From: Antedon mediterranea
Lineage: Eukaryota > Animalia > Echinodermata
Length of the DNA stretch: 64,000 nucleotides
Direction of reading: 5' to 3'
Assembly: GCF_964355755.1 (NCBI RefSeq)
Contig: NC_092679.1
Location: 17,963,432-18,027,431, forward strand
The notes beneath the pieces are model-generated. The model did not search any database. It saw only the letters and a list, made by a program, of their open reading frames with translations, and had not been told where the DNA came from. The position numbers and the translations under genes are program-made. Shown one piece after another: positions 14,801-26,647 of the stretch. Position 1 is the first letter of the stretch, and each line of letters starts with the position of its first letter.

Positions 14801-17800
14801 AATACCTCCGAGGATAAACCTATACATTAATAGAGTAGTACTAGTTTATGTTACATTAATGAATTCAATTATTTCCATTGAATAAATATTTATGTTTTTA
14901 TTTCCTATCCGTATAAAAAATCTGTGAAATTAATTACCACTTTTTTAATTCAATCAACTATATTGTAAAAATATATTTTAGATATTAAACTAAATAATTT
15001 TAAAATATCTTGAAAAATTTTCTTATAAAATTTTAATTATTACGATTGTTACAGATATTTTACTTATTTTGGAACCTGATCAATCCAGTACAAAATGGCT
15101 ATAATTGAATAAACATCAGAAGTGATAAAATTTATTATTAATTAACAAGCTATTTTCAAACATGTTTTTACAGCATTCGCCACAATCCAAGTATACGCTG
15201 ATCTGAAGCTGAACTTGGCAATCATGTTCTCGAAGGTGATCAGTCACGCGTGAAGTGTGATCGTTTAATTAAATGCACGCTGAAGAGAACCGACATGTAC
15301 TTAAGAGTCTGCAAACACTTTAAGTGACTGCCATTGTTAAGTCGAGGAATTACGATGCATTGTTATTTTCATCTTGGATTGCGAAACGGAAATAATAACA
15401 GTAATAATAATAATAATTTATAAATAGAGGAAAAATGAGCGCTATAAAAATAGAGAGAGATTATAATATTATACAAATAATGAATGTTTATTAGTCTAAA
15501 TGTAATAGTAGTTCAAACATATCCATATTAGATAGATCATGTATGATTCCACCAAACTTTCTAGGTTAAAATCACGATTGTGAGGCATTTGATAAATAGG
15601 CAAACTGCCTTAAAATATCATGTTTCGAGAAAATAATATCCATACTAGAGCAAAAATCTGTCAAGAAATACATTTTGAATTCTGTGGCTCAAATTATGTA
15701 TGTCTCCTATAGATAGTGGGTCACATACAATGTTTTAAAATCGAAGGTTCTTTGTACGAAATACATTCAATTATGAAATGCAGATGCATTTTATTCTTCA
15801 AATACTTTCAGAAAAACTGAATGTAATACATATACACATAAATCCATATCTGTATTGAACATGCATAACACGTACTAATCACTACTCTGTATGTACACTT
15901 ACATTTAAACGCCGAAATACTTTGTACTCAAGAAAAGTAAGATGATCGGCTAATTCTGTTGGCTCTAAATGATTGAAGACTAAAGATACTTTTCGGTTCC
16001 TTCCACGGAGAGGGTTCCGTACAGATACAACACGCATCCAGTCATATGATGGTCTAAAGAAGTCAGAAATTTTAATTTTACTGGATTAGAAAGTGAGATG
16101 GTACAAGCGATGAAATTAGATGTATCCACCTTTTAGCATCATTCTCACTTAATGGACTCAATGCAAGAACATAAAGGAAGTTGACCAATCACAACACGAT
16201 GGATCATCTGAACTGTCGCTTGTGATTGGTCAATTCACTTGCATTGTGCCTACATCATTGCATTGAGTCCAAGTGGGAAACGTACTTATAGAGTACAAGT
16301 TACCTATGTTGCACTGTGTATACCTTTACTTTTATTTTCTGTGGGACATATAACTTTCATGGGAAGATTTTATTTCTCACCTCACACAAACATTCGGAAT
16401 CACATTCATGTTAACAAACAAGAATGTTTACTTTAAATACTTACAAATTAGAAACATCGACAATAGTTATAAGTTGTGAATTTCCATCTGCGTGTAGGAG
16501 TGTTTGAAATTCTTGCAGTACACCATATAATTTCTTGTCTAAATCAAAATGAACAGGCCAGTTCATTATCCAATACCTGAAGAACAGAATATCATAGTGT
16601 TCTAGTACGTGTTATGTTTGCAGGTTTTAAGGCTATTAAAGTCATTATGTGAAAAAGATTGAAATCACTAATTTCATTTTATTAAAAAGTAGCTTTATTG
16701 TGACAAGGATTGAGAAAAGAGGCCAAAGGCTTCTGTCATCGATTAAGGATTTATAATAAATAATTATTCCAACTTTCACATAAAAATGAAATTTCTGTAG
16801 CTGGTGTGAAGAACAACTTGTTGCCTGATTTTTGCTCCCAAAATTTGGTACATAATTTGGTAATAATTATTGGTCGAAAAATGAAAAATAAAGTTAATGA
16901 CACAAATGTTTTTTCTTCAAGATAGAAACATAAACAGCTTTTATAGATAAAACTCCAATAATAATGGTTAGTTAAATGGTACCCAACTTGTGTGATCTAT
17001 TGAAAGTTTTTGCAAAAACAACACACCACTATAAACATGTTACAAATGTACCTTTATTTTTATATATAATATATATATACATATAAAACAGAGAATTATA
17101 ATAAAAGTGGGACGACCTCACACAAGACAAAAAAAAATTTTTCCACAAACAATTTTTTTTACGCACTATTTTAATCAGGTAGTGCGAATATAACAACCCA
17201 TTATTTTCCTCAAAATCTCATTTTAATATCTTATGTAGAACTTCAGTGTTGGTTTCTGGTTAATACTTTTTCTAGGGAAAATCCACACCCATTGCTTAAG
17301 AGATTACCATAAATTGATGTAGAAGATAGAAGTATAAGTACTGTATTTAAATATTATTTAATTTAATCTTATCAAGGATAACTTGATAAAATTAAGTAGA
17401 TATATATAGAATAGATATGAATATTCCATATCAATTAATGTTTTAATTAATAAATATGAGTATCTATAAAATATAATTAACTATGCTAATTACTTTTATT
17501 ATTGAATTTGAAAGAGAAGTTAATAAAAAATGTATATTTAATATATATCATCGATGAATCTAGAAAACAAAGTTTGGATGGTGAAGAGCAGGAGAACACC
17601 TTTGACCAAGACGCCAAGGGGAGAAAATTAACATTTTTATCCTATATATATAAGAGCATGTATCAGATTTAGTTGTATAACTTACAAAATGCAAAAGTTA
17701 CAAAAGATTGGCTAATAAATAATTAGTATAAAGCAGTTTCAGTTTTCCAGGGCACTATTGGAAAAACCTTGCACCAGTGAGGAGTCATAAATGCATGCTT

Positions 17801-20800
17801 TACAAAATTTCACATATTCACTTTCTCCTTTTTGCTTTTTTTTATTCTAAATTTGATAGTGCCCTTGCAAAATATTTTTTTCAGTACAGCCCTTTCAATA
17901 ACATTAATCATTGCATGATGTCATAATTTGATTATATTAATTAATTTACACAAAGTAGACAATAGCAATAGAATGAATGAAACGAATCTATTTATGGACT
18001 ATTTTGTTCTATGAATATATGCATGCATGTTTTACAATAGAAAAAACTGATCAGAAAATAATTTGTCATCAATTAGGTCGAGACTAGAGTCATTGAAATG
18101 AATACAGATTATCCCATTAGCAAACTACTTCCATTTGATTAACCTATTACGATCAATCTCCAACTTCTAATATTATCGACCATGCTGCAGTAGTTTAAAA
18201 AACGAGGTATGTGTATATTATGTATGTTATGTAATAAGGCAGATTGAATGTAATATTGATTTAGATAAAAACTAAATCTTAGCAAATAATTTTTATTATG
18301 ATATTTTATACAATAACATAATAATGAGTAAAATAGGTTTTTTTTGTTATGTCTGATGTAGTGCATTTCATTTAGTATGACAGGCCTATGTAAACTAAAC
18401 ATATAACAAGATGCAATGGAAATCCTGAACACAGAAAGCTTGTAAATTAAAATCTCACATACTAAACGGGACATTTTGTAAACTCCCAAAATCACTCGGC
18501 TTTTATAAACGTTTATTAGAAAATAACACAATGTATTTGTTACATTTTTCACCCCTAGCTATTCTTTCATTTAATAAATTATCTAGATCTGTATTTTCCA
18601 AAAATGATTGATTTAACCAAAAAAACAAAAATATTGGCGTTTATTTTTAAATAGTGCAATTTTTTTGTTACAATTTTTTCCTTGATTTAAAACAAAATAT
18701 TAGATTTTATAAACCCAGTGTTTACTAATAAATAACACCATTTTTGTTTTTACATTTTCCCCCTTGATTTAAACAAAAATATCGGCTTTTATAAACGTTT
18801 ATTAGTAAATAACACAATTTATTTGTTACATTTTTCACCCTATCGTTGAAATGATTACACGATAACAACCATTCAACATTCATTCTGAACCTTACCTTTT
18901 GTGTATCCCCTCTAATACAGCAGACATATATAGAGTTTGAACAATACCATGAAAGCCCCAGTGGTCTAATGGTTAGGAAATCTGCATATCAAGCAGAAGG
19001 TTCCAGGTTCGAATCCTGGTTTGGGGGACTTTTTCTAATTCTCACAGATTTCCTCATCTTTATCATTCGAAATTAATTAATTAAATTTCAGTATATCACC
19101 GGGCGGTTTAGAATTACTGTTCTATGCCTAATGTGTTATCTGATGAAGGGCTAGTGTTGCCCGAAAGCTCTGCTAACTTTTCTGGATGTTTTACTTATCG
19201 TTTTGATTTAGCCTTTTGCTTTTTTTTTGTATCTCCATTGAGATCCAGCCACTGATACCCACAACATTGTCATTTTTTCAGTAATTTGCCTTTGGATTTA
19301 TATATAAATTAATAATATATTATGTATAATTAAACTAATATGTATATATAAATTATAGTAGTTTATACCTGATAGCATGACATATCCTTCTTCTGTAGCT
19401 AAAAGCCTGACAATCTTCAAACGTTGCATTGTGCATACATGTTGACTTGTTACACTGACTTTTATTGCTGCATTGATACGTAAGAAAGATTAAAGAAAAG
19501 ACAAACAAAATACTGATAAGTTTGAAATATTAATATCATACCATAACGCTCTGTTTTAAAGGCTTTATTTCATCATAGGTTATAATCGCACATTTTTTAG
19601 AAATTTTTTAATTTGTTTTATAAAACACTAGTATTACACATTATGAACAAAACCAACATTCCTCTTTTTGTCAGCCTTAACCATTATTAGATTAAAAACA
19701 AAAATTGTACTTTTTTATCAGGCGGCTTAGAATTTGTTCTGTGTGTTGGTTTATATGTAAAAGTATTGTATCTCTTCGGAGATCTCACTGCATAAATAAA
19801 TATACTGAAAGATGCGGCCGGTTTAGAATTTCTTCTGTGCCTGTTGATTTGTGAAAAAAAAAACTGATATAATCAATTTCATTTAAGGTTTTGGGTGCCG
19901 CTATAAGTTACTGCATTATTTTATAATATTTCAAGATATTATTTTCCAAAATGAAAATTAAGACACGGATAGGAGACTTTCATTTAAAATACTCTATAGG
20001 CAGCATATGTTAGTTCTTTTGAGCACACCAACAACACTGTGCAACAGCAAATCTATAGTAATTTCAATTTAATTAAATTCTAACTAAAACTACTTTTATC
20101 AAATATCTCTGAAAGCTAGATTACATATATCACAACAACACGTGTACTAATGGTTTTTACTCGGGGGCTTAAATAGAAAATAATACATTTATATTTCATT
20201 TTCACAAACTTCTCAGAATATCTGATCGATATGTGGGTGGTGTGAATTTCAATTGTCGGTAATAGATCTAAAATTTAGATTAATAAAAGGTATTTTGAAT
20301 TTGATCTAAAACATTATAAATGTACATACTCGTACCCTAAACTGACTGTAGGATCTTGAGGACGAAACAAGTTTTTCATTAAATTTATCATTTTAAAAAT
20401 CAAACAACTATTTACATACTGTACCTAAAGAGAAAAAAAAGTGATAGTGAATGTCTAAATATGGTAATGATATGACATCATCATCATGTCCAAATATGGT
20501 AATGATATGACATCATCATCATGTCCAAATATGGTAATGATATGACATCATCATCATGTCCAAATATGGTAATGATATGACATCATCATCATGTCCATTA
20601 TATGGTAATGATATGACATTATCATCATGTCCAAATATGGTAATGATATGACATCATCATCATGTCCAAATATGGTACAGTAATGATATGACATCATCAT
20701 CATGTCCATTATATGGTAATGATATGACATCATCATCATGTCCATTATATGGGCAAATGTGATGTGACCATATATGGACACGATGCATGTTATATCACTA

Positions 20801-23800
20801 CCATAATTGGGCACATCACACTTTTTTGTCAAACTAGTTTGATAATGTCAACAGAGCTTTACAGATGAGTTATATACCATACCATCATTTTGAACACAAA
20901 GATGGGATGGCCTTATTATATATATTATATAGTACATCAGAATGGACTTAACCCAAGCACTGAAATCAAATGGCTCATTTTGCATAAAAATTATCAAAAT
21001 TAAATGAACCCACAACTTCCAGATCACTATAGTCTGGCGTTCCTACCTCTAGAGCACCGAGCTTGCGCTGATGGCTAGGGGTTAGATTCGAGCCCAAGTA
21101 AGTAGCGGGTACTGCCCAACAGTATTGACTCAATACCATGATGCAAAACTACTTTACAGTAGCAGGAACGGATTTAAGTGGGTGCTAAACAGGCTTTAGG
21201 CCCCCCCTAAAATTGTACTTTTTTAAATAAAATAATCACTATTTTTATTTTTCTGCATCCTGACGGATGGTTTTATCATTTATGAAATATTTAGCGCCCC
21301 ACCCCCCCTAATCTATAATGCTGGATCCGCCTCTGAGTAGTTACAAACAATTACAATTTCAAAAAGGATATAGATGAAGAAACTGAGTAGCAAGTTCTTC
21401 TGATAGCATAAACCACTCATGCATTAAAAAAAGTACACGTGGGAATGACGATTCCTCGATAACTTGCCCTGCGTCATCTGAAAAATACAACAAAATAAAA
21501 CAAATTAAGTGATAGGACTGTCCGACTTTTTTACAAATTGATAAATAAAATTGAAATCAGACTGGTTAAAATCAACATCACATCCTGTTGCCACCTTCTT
21601 TTGCTTTCAATTTTTTATTATACAGAAATATTTTCGAATAGAAATGTTGACATTCTTTGATTCTCTGATGACATTTTTGATTTGTACATTACATTTTCTT
21701 TTTTCAAACCTTCGTTTCATTGTTATTGATTGTTTCTATCTTTTGTGCTTTTCAAGGAAATAAATGTTTATTTTTATTTGATACATACAGTAGAAATAAA
21801 ACAAATTACCTAAACCCAAAGACTTGATATTATTAAGCATTATTTCAAGAATGTCGTTGAATATATAATTTGAAATTTGTCCTGATTTCTTGCTAAATTG
21901 GGGGTAATTTATTCACATAGTTATTAACAAGCTATTATTAATTATTCCCAGCAGAAACAGGTTATAAATTAATGTAGTGAGAGAATGAGGATAAACTTAT
22001 GTCAGATAAAACAAGATTAAACAATGTGCTACAATTTCAGACTTTAAAGCCAAACTCACCAAACATTTGATCTCAAAATATTAAATTGTTTATATTGTTT
22101 ATTCAATGCAGCTTATTCTTTATTGGTGTATTTCATTATAACTTTGTTTTGTTTTTAATTATTTTGTACTACTTAGTTTTGTTATTTTTGTATTGTATAA
22201 TAATGATGGAGTAAGAACAGTTTTCCTGTTTGGGCTCATGCCTTTTACTTGCTCCTACCAAATAAATATTATTAATATTATAGATAGATGAATATCGAGT
22301 ACGGTTTTTTTTTTCTACACTATCAAAAAAATTTGATGTGCCCATATATGGACATGATGATGTCATCACTACACCATATTTGGGCATATCACTTCTATAT
22401 TTGGGCACATCACATTTTTTGTTGTCAAACTAGTTTGATAGTGTAGACAGATGAAATTTTTAAATGAACATAAACACCTGAACAGCCATTGCTTATGTTG
22501 CGTACAGTATGTGTCAACCATACATAATCAATCTATGGTGATACTATATTGTATGAATGCGCACTCATGTTAACATCGCCAAACCTCTTTATCAATCTAA
22601 CCAGCAATCATCCATTAATTCATTTGACCTCACTAATCTAATCTAAGCATTTTTTCTGTAAACACTAACCATGCTACAGTAGTATTACAATGTTACATTT
22701 GACTTCACTAATCTAATCTAAGCATTTTTTCTGTAAACACTAACCATGCTACAGTAGTATTACAATGGGCCTGTTTCTGCTGCAACTGCTCAAAATACGG
22801 TATAAAAATACGGTATAAAATACGGTATTTTTTATACCGTATTTTTTAGTACCCCGTTTCTGCTAACAATACTTCTTGGGTGGTCGTGTTAAATTTCATC
22901 TTTTTTACCCAAATTGCCATTCATTTATTTGATCGATAACTAAAAGTCGCAATAAAGGAAGTTTTACGTCTCACTTTCAACAGCCGAGCCCTAGTGATAG
23001 AGATGTTGTGAGAGCACAGAAAACATCGTAATGGGGACAATTAATTCGTTCCCTCCCCGAGTTATTGTATTTTGCAATGCTGTACTGCTTTCGCAGGCTC
23101 TTCAGCTTTGAGTTTACTTGCTTTGGAGACAAGTCTATTCCATACTCCTGCTTTATTTTTTTAGAAATGTCTTTATAAATGTGGTTGTCCCTTTTATTAC
23201 CTTTTAGTTGGCCAGACATTTTAGCTTCCCCACACAAATTTATTTAGTAAAACTGTTACGTCTTCGCTCCACATTTTCGTCGAATATATATACACGTGTG
23301 TAAAACAGCTGACAGCGACAGAAAATAAAAACATGAATGTTGACCTTTTGTCATGTAAAAAAAAAATACTTTTTTATTGGCAGCAGAAACGGGTACAAAA
23401 AATACGGTATAAATTTGTAAATACCGTATTTTATCCACAAATTTTGTGGGGAAAATACGGTATACAAAATACGGTATATTTTTTATGAGCGCAGTTTCTG
23501 CTGCCAAAAATATACCGTATATATATGGTATTCAAAAAATACCGTATAATATACGGTATTTAGTTGGCAGCAGAAACAGGGCCAATGTTACATTTGACTT
23601 CACTAATCTAATCTAAGCATTTTTTCTGTAAACACTAACCGTGCTACAGTAGTATTACAATGTTACATACATGAAAAGAAATCAATACAATTATTAGGCT
23701 ATTTTAAGAACCCACATAAAATGTTGAGAAGCTCATGTAAATAATAAACAGTTTGTCATCGACAACGGGGGCAATGGGCTTATGATTATCCCACGAATTT

Positions 23801-25242
23801 TTAACGGGGTATTGCCCTTTCTTTGGGGAGAATACAATATACTTTTGTTAATTTATATGTGTTAAGTTTAACCATTTTTTTTATACTTATCAATATCACT
23901 AGTCAAAGGTTGTAACATGGACGTATACCTCCATAGTTGTAATAAGTCTTAATAGTGAAACATTTAATGATGCTCGTTTTTTTATGCTTGTTTTTTTGTT
24001 GAATGTATTGTTACTGTCTTTCATAAAGCGAAATCATTGTTTTTGTTCATTTATTGGGGGAAAAATGAATATTCAAAGTTTTTTTATTATATTTTATTCA
24101 TCTATATTTGTCATGTTTTTGGGGACAATAGTAATGACCGATTCAATCAATCAATATATAACTTTTGCTTATAACTTTTGCTTATAACCATGTTCATTTG
24201 TAGGCCGTTGCCAATATACAGTAATCTTCCTAAACACTATCTACTACTTTTAATACTTACAATATTATATGTTTTCATCTTTTCCATTGATTGTAAACCT
24301 CTAATTAAGCTTTTCAGTATTTTATTATTCAACTTCTATTTCCAATAATAGTCAATATAAACAATTAATTTTTATTATTATCATTACTGTAAATAATCAT
24401 TGTATATATTTTATAATTAATATTTATATAGGTTTTTTTTTTGTTTTTTTTTGTAAAAATCTACTGTAATATTATACCTTTATTATGGTTATAACAAGTA
24501 CAATTGATTGAATAAAGTTCACATAAAAATATAAATATAAAAAAATATCAAATTTACGAGGCATTCTATATACACTGCATAAATCGGAATACGATTTGAA
24601 AAACTTTGTAATATTTCATCCTGCATAGATATGTTGAATAAATACATAAATGAATAAATAATATTGATAGCTCATCAAAACAAATTAGAACATTTTATTC
24701 ATACTATAGTACTTATTATGAAGGTTAAGATATATCTAACCTATTGACAATAATTCATATAAGCCTTTAGGTTTAAAATAAATCGTTAATAATTATTGTA
24801 TGTAGAGTGAGGCCTATAAAGGTTGACCGTATATTTGTTAATTTCAACCAGCGTATATTAAGGTCTGAATGATGTCAAGGTTTTGGAGTCCTTACACTCA
24901 GTGGCTTAATGCAATGGGCAAAGGCCCCTGGTTTAGCACTCCTAAGAGGCCTCCAGCGCTAGGTAGTTGCATTGGGCTCCTCATGCTCTGGGCCCAAGCG
25001 TTTAGCCAGTGAGGGTGAATATATATTTGCCTAGTGGAAAGCAGGCTTTAATTCCCCTATCTCCGCCTTGTCAAAGTCAACAACTTACCGAAACATTCTA
25101 CACAGAGCTCAGCTAACTTATCAATGGCAGCAACTTTGACAGACAAACCAGGAAAGAGTACCTTATCCTCTTCCATAGACTCACTGTATGTAGATGATGT
25201 TGACAGCTTCTTCCGCCTCGTTATCATGCTATCCAGTGTCAT
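2891..25242 (-). CDS. RASGRP: RAS guanyl-releasing protein (RasGRP/CalDAG-GEF family), 5' part: REM + CDC25 domains; gene continues beyond the left edge of the window
   Basis: Hand-spliced exons (minus): 25242-25089, 21477-21372, 19479-19369, 16576-16445, 16053-15903, 12721-12548, 6602-6486, 4789-4692, 3247-3246, 3066-2891 = 1221 nt, one open frame. Translation includes [130 protein letters not shown], collinear with vertebrate RasGRP1-3. All introns are GT-AG except one AT-AC. The next expected exon (LSLD..TEDEIY) was not found in 1-2890. Confidence 0.95.
3246..3247 (-). CDS. RASGRP: 2-nt micro-exon (AG) of the RasGRP gene
   Basis: Minus strand reads pyrimidine tract TTTTTTTTCTTTTTTCCCC...TACTACAG|AG|GTGAGT. 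Including it joins ATT CT|AG|GG GTA CAT into I-L-G-V-H. Direct splicing 4692->3066 is frameshifted. Confidence 0.8.
3933..4072. mobile_element. ~140-160 bp MITE family with AGCTCTGTCTACACTATCAAAC TIRs (Tourist/Harbinger-like), copy 1
   Basis: TIRs AGCTCTGTCTACACTATCAA...TTGATAGTGCAGACAGAGCT flanked by TTA/TTA. Further copies at 8944-9103, 9842-9941, 20430-20861, 22314-22451, 33645-33682, 45644-45802, 54224-54361, 55321-55346. Confidence 0.85.
4844..5097. mobile_element. Tc1/mariner-pogo-like MITE (TA-CAGTAGAACC...GGTTCTACTG-TA family) with internal ~20-bp CCCTGAATAGGGGTGT repeats
   Basis: Degenerate TIRs. Related copies at 5257-5322, 8790-8943, 25523-25654, 63647-63715. Confidence 0.7.
8790..8943. 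mobile_element. CAGTAGAACC-family MITE copy
   Basis: TACAGTAGAACCTC...GAGGGGTCGTACTG, directly abutting another MITE. Confidence 0.7.
8944..9103. mobile_element. AGCTCTGTCTACAC-TIR MITE copy
   Basis: Same TIRs and internal CAAATATGGTAGTGATATG core. Confidence 0.85.
10396..10541 (-). mobile_element. 3' part of hammerhead-bearing SINE (same family as 18955-19305)
   Basis: Minus strand CTGATGA-AGGAC-CAGTGTT-GCCC-GAAA-GCTC-TGCTAAC...GATCCAGCCACTGATACCCACAGCATTG...TTTGCCTTTGGATTT. Confidence 0.85.
10815..11575 (-). repeat. Degenerate tandem array of tRNA-like units (~165 bp period), plus a different tRNA-SINE head at ~11222-11290
   Basis: Units at ~10817, 10982, 11328, 11489 share GGTCTA..GGTTAGTCACTTGTCCTGTAA..GAAGGTCA.AGGTTCGA (A-box and B-box remnants). 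Confidence 0.6.
13160..13275 (-). mobile_element. Tail fragment of the hammerhead-bearing SINE
   Basis: AAATCCAAAGGCAAATTACTGAAAAAAATGACAATGCTGTGGGTATCAGTGGCTGGATCTCAATGGAGATAC matches the reverse complement of 19195-19300. Confidence 0.85.
13907..14826. repeat. 35-bp minisatellite (~22 units) interrupted by a 145-bp insertion
   Basis: Unit GAGTGTGGGCTATTCCTCAGGGTGGACTTATACAT; 35-bp period visible (TCAGGGTGGA at 14281, 14421, 14701, 14771). Confidence 0.97.
14122..14266. mobile_element. Short hAT-like insertion with 5-bp TSD
   Basis: Ends CAGTGATGTA / TACAGCCCTG; GTGTG duplicated at 14117-14121 and 14267-14271. Confidence 0.75.
18955..19305 (+). mobile_element. tRNA-derived SINE with Penelope-type hammerhead ribozyme in its tail
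   Basis: Head 18955-19028 folds like a tRNA (TGGTCTAATGG A box, TCTGC/GCAGA stem, CCAGG-TTCGAAT-CCTGG T arm; imperfect acceptor and D stems). Hammerhead core at 19140-19170; ends in (TA)n; tail repeated elsewhere in the window. Confidence 0.85.
19134..19177 (+). ncRNA. Minimal type I hammerhead ribozyme motif (probably degenerate)
   Basis: CUGAUGA-A-GGGC-UAGUGUU-GCCC-GAAA-GCUC: conserved core, stem II, palindromic AGCU stem III. Stem I is poorly paired in this copy. Confidence 0.65.
19480..21371 (-). other. U12-type (minor spliceosome) AT-AC intron in RasGRP, 1892 nt
   Basis: 5' site CT|ATATCCTTTT at 21371; branch-like TTTTCTTTAAT at 19499-19489; 3' site TTTCTTAC| at 19480. Splicing gives in-frame H-L-Y-Q. 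Confidence 0.9.
20451..20752. repeat. 35-bp minisatellite (~8.5 units) inside a MITE copy (20430-20861)
   Basis: Unit ATGTCCAAATATGGTAATGATATGACATCATCATC at 20451, 20486, 20521, 20556 etc. Confidence 0.95.
22314..22451. mobile_element. AGCTCTGTCTACAC-TIR MITE copy
   Basis: TCTACACTATCAAA...TTTGATAGTGTAGACAG with the family core. Confidence 0.8.
22621..23665. repeat. Three 75-bp tandem units, the second split by a Harbinger insertion
   Basis: CATTTGACTTCACTAATCTAATCTAAGCATTTTTTCTGTAAACACTAACCATGCTACAGTAGTATTACAATGTTA starting at 22621, 22696, 23591. Confidence 0.92.
22767..23583 (-). mobile_element. Non-autonomous PIF/Harbinger transposon carrying a Myb/SANT (trihelix) ORF remnant
   Basis: TIRs GGGCCTGTTTCTGCTGC / GCAGCAGAAACAGGGCC, AAT TSD confirmed by the uninterrupted tandem units, ATACGGTAT subterminal repeats. 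ORF 22977-23237 ([33 protein letters not shown]...CPHYD) is Myb_DNA-bind_4-like. Confidence 0.88.
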
Positions 25243-26647
25243 GCTCCCTGTTGAAGATTTAAACAATAAATAATTGATTGAGATATTTCAAATCAGAAAC
25301 TCTCACAATTTCTATTTTTTCCAAAAGTCACTAATTTGAACCATGGAGGAATTATGTTTGAACATGGATACAAATTAGGACAACAAATGTAATATATCTA
25401 AAAAATCATGGAATTAATCCTTTAAAATCCTTCCTACCCTCCACCTCCTATCCCCACCCTCCGCGCACCCTCTCTACAATCGCTTGATCATCTGAACCAA
25501 CCTATATTAGGTAATTATGGAATGCAGTAGAACGCTCCACCAAAGAAACACCCCTGTATCAAGTGAGAACAGGGGATCAATATGTGTTTTATAGGCCTAC
25601 AGTCGATACCCTAAAGGATCCCACAGGTGTCCATTTAAACAGAGATCTACTGTATTTAATAATACAACAAAAATATTGTGTGTATAATTATTATTATATT
25701 ATTTTAAATTGAAATTGTTTATGGCATGCTGATCTATGTTTTTATATATTTATATCTGTATTTTATTGTTAACCGTTTTTGATGTTGTATTTTTTTTTAT
25801 TTCAAACCTGCTTTAGTGGCGGTATTCTGTTGGTTTGGATTGAATAAAATAAAATAAAATAAAAATAAAATATTAATAGTACAATGTATTGTAAATAACA
25901 AACAAATATTTTAAATAGGTGAATAATGTCATATCATAGCTGTCTGGTTTTGTTTTTCAGTTTAAAGCTTTCGGTTTCAAGCCTGATTCATGTCAATTAC
26001 ATGGATAATAAGCTTTCAACTAATTACTATGTGAACCTAAAGTAGCAGTCTACACCATCAATATCAATCATATTATAAAACTAGTTTTTTAAAAGAGAGC
26101 AAGTCAAATATTGCTCATACTGAATGCATTTAAAAGAAGGTAGCCTGTACAGTACAGTATATGCTAGCTAAATATACAATTTTAACAGGTGCGAAATTTC
26201 GCAAATAATAATGCAGAAGATAGGACATAACATTACAGTAAGCTCAGCACTTCATTTCACCATTTTTAGGCCATGTGCCCCCCCCCCCCACCCATTTTAA
26301 AATCCTGGATCCACCACTGTTTAATACAAAAATGTAATGCATGATTAGTATAGTATCTATTAACAAAACGTGTAAAATGTTTTGTTGTACATAGTGGGGA
26401 AATCCCTGGGGAAATCCCAAATCTTAAGTATAACTATAAAGTAATCCCACCCTGTAATTTATGTTAAATTCAGACAATTCATTATAATGCACCACAGCCA
26501 ACTTTGGTACTATGCTTACCTATTAGGTTGTATAGTTTAAATAATTTGTTAAACTAATGCCATTTTCACACACCTGCAAGAAGTAACAAGTTGTAACCAG
26601 GTTTGCATAGTGTGAAGATAAAAACACTGACAAGATGCCCCAAGTTG

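Noticed and set aside
13907-14826. CRISPR-like regular repeat array
   Set aside because: Units are contiguous with no unique spacers, the context is eukaryotic, and there are no cas genes.
18955-19028. tRNA gene with apparent ATC (Asp) anticodon
   Set aside because: Acceptor and D stems are mispaired, the loop begins with A, and it is fused to a repeated tail. It is a SINE head.
20554-20832. ORFs with periodic translations (also 14117, 28033/28082, 51120/51139)
   Set aside because: Artefacts of minisatellites or an inverted repeat.
26524-26537. 14-nt match to the 3' part of let-7 (TAGGTTGTATAGTT)
   Set aside because: The seed TGAGGTAG is absent and no precursor hairpin is evident.
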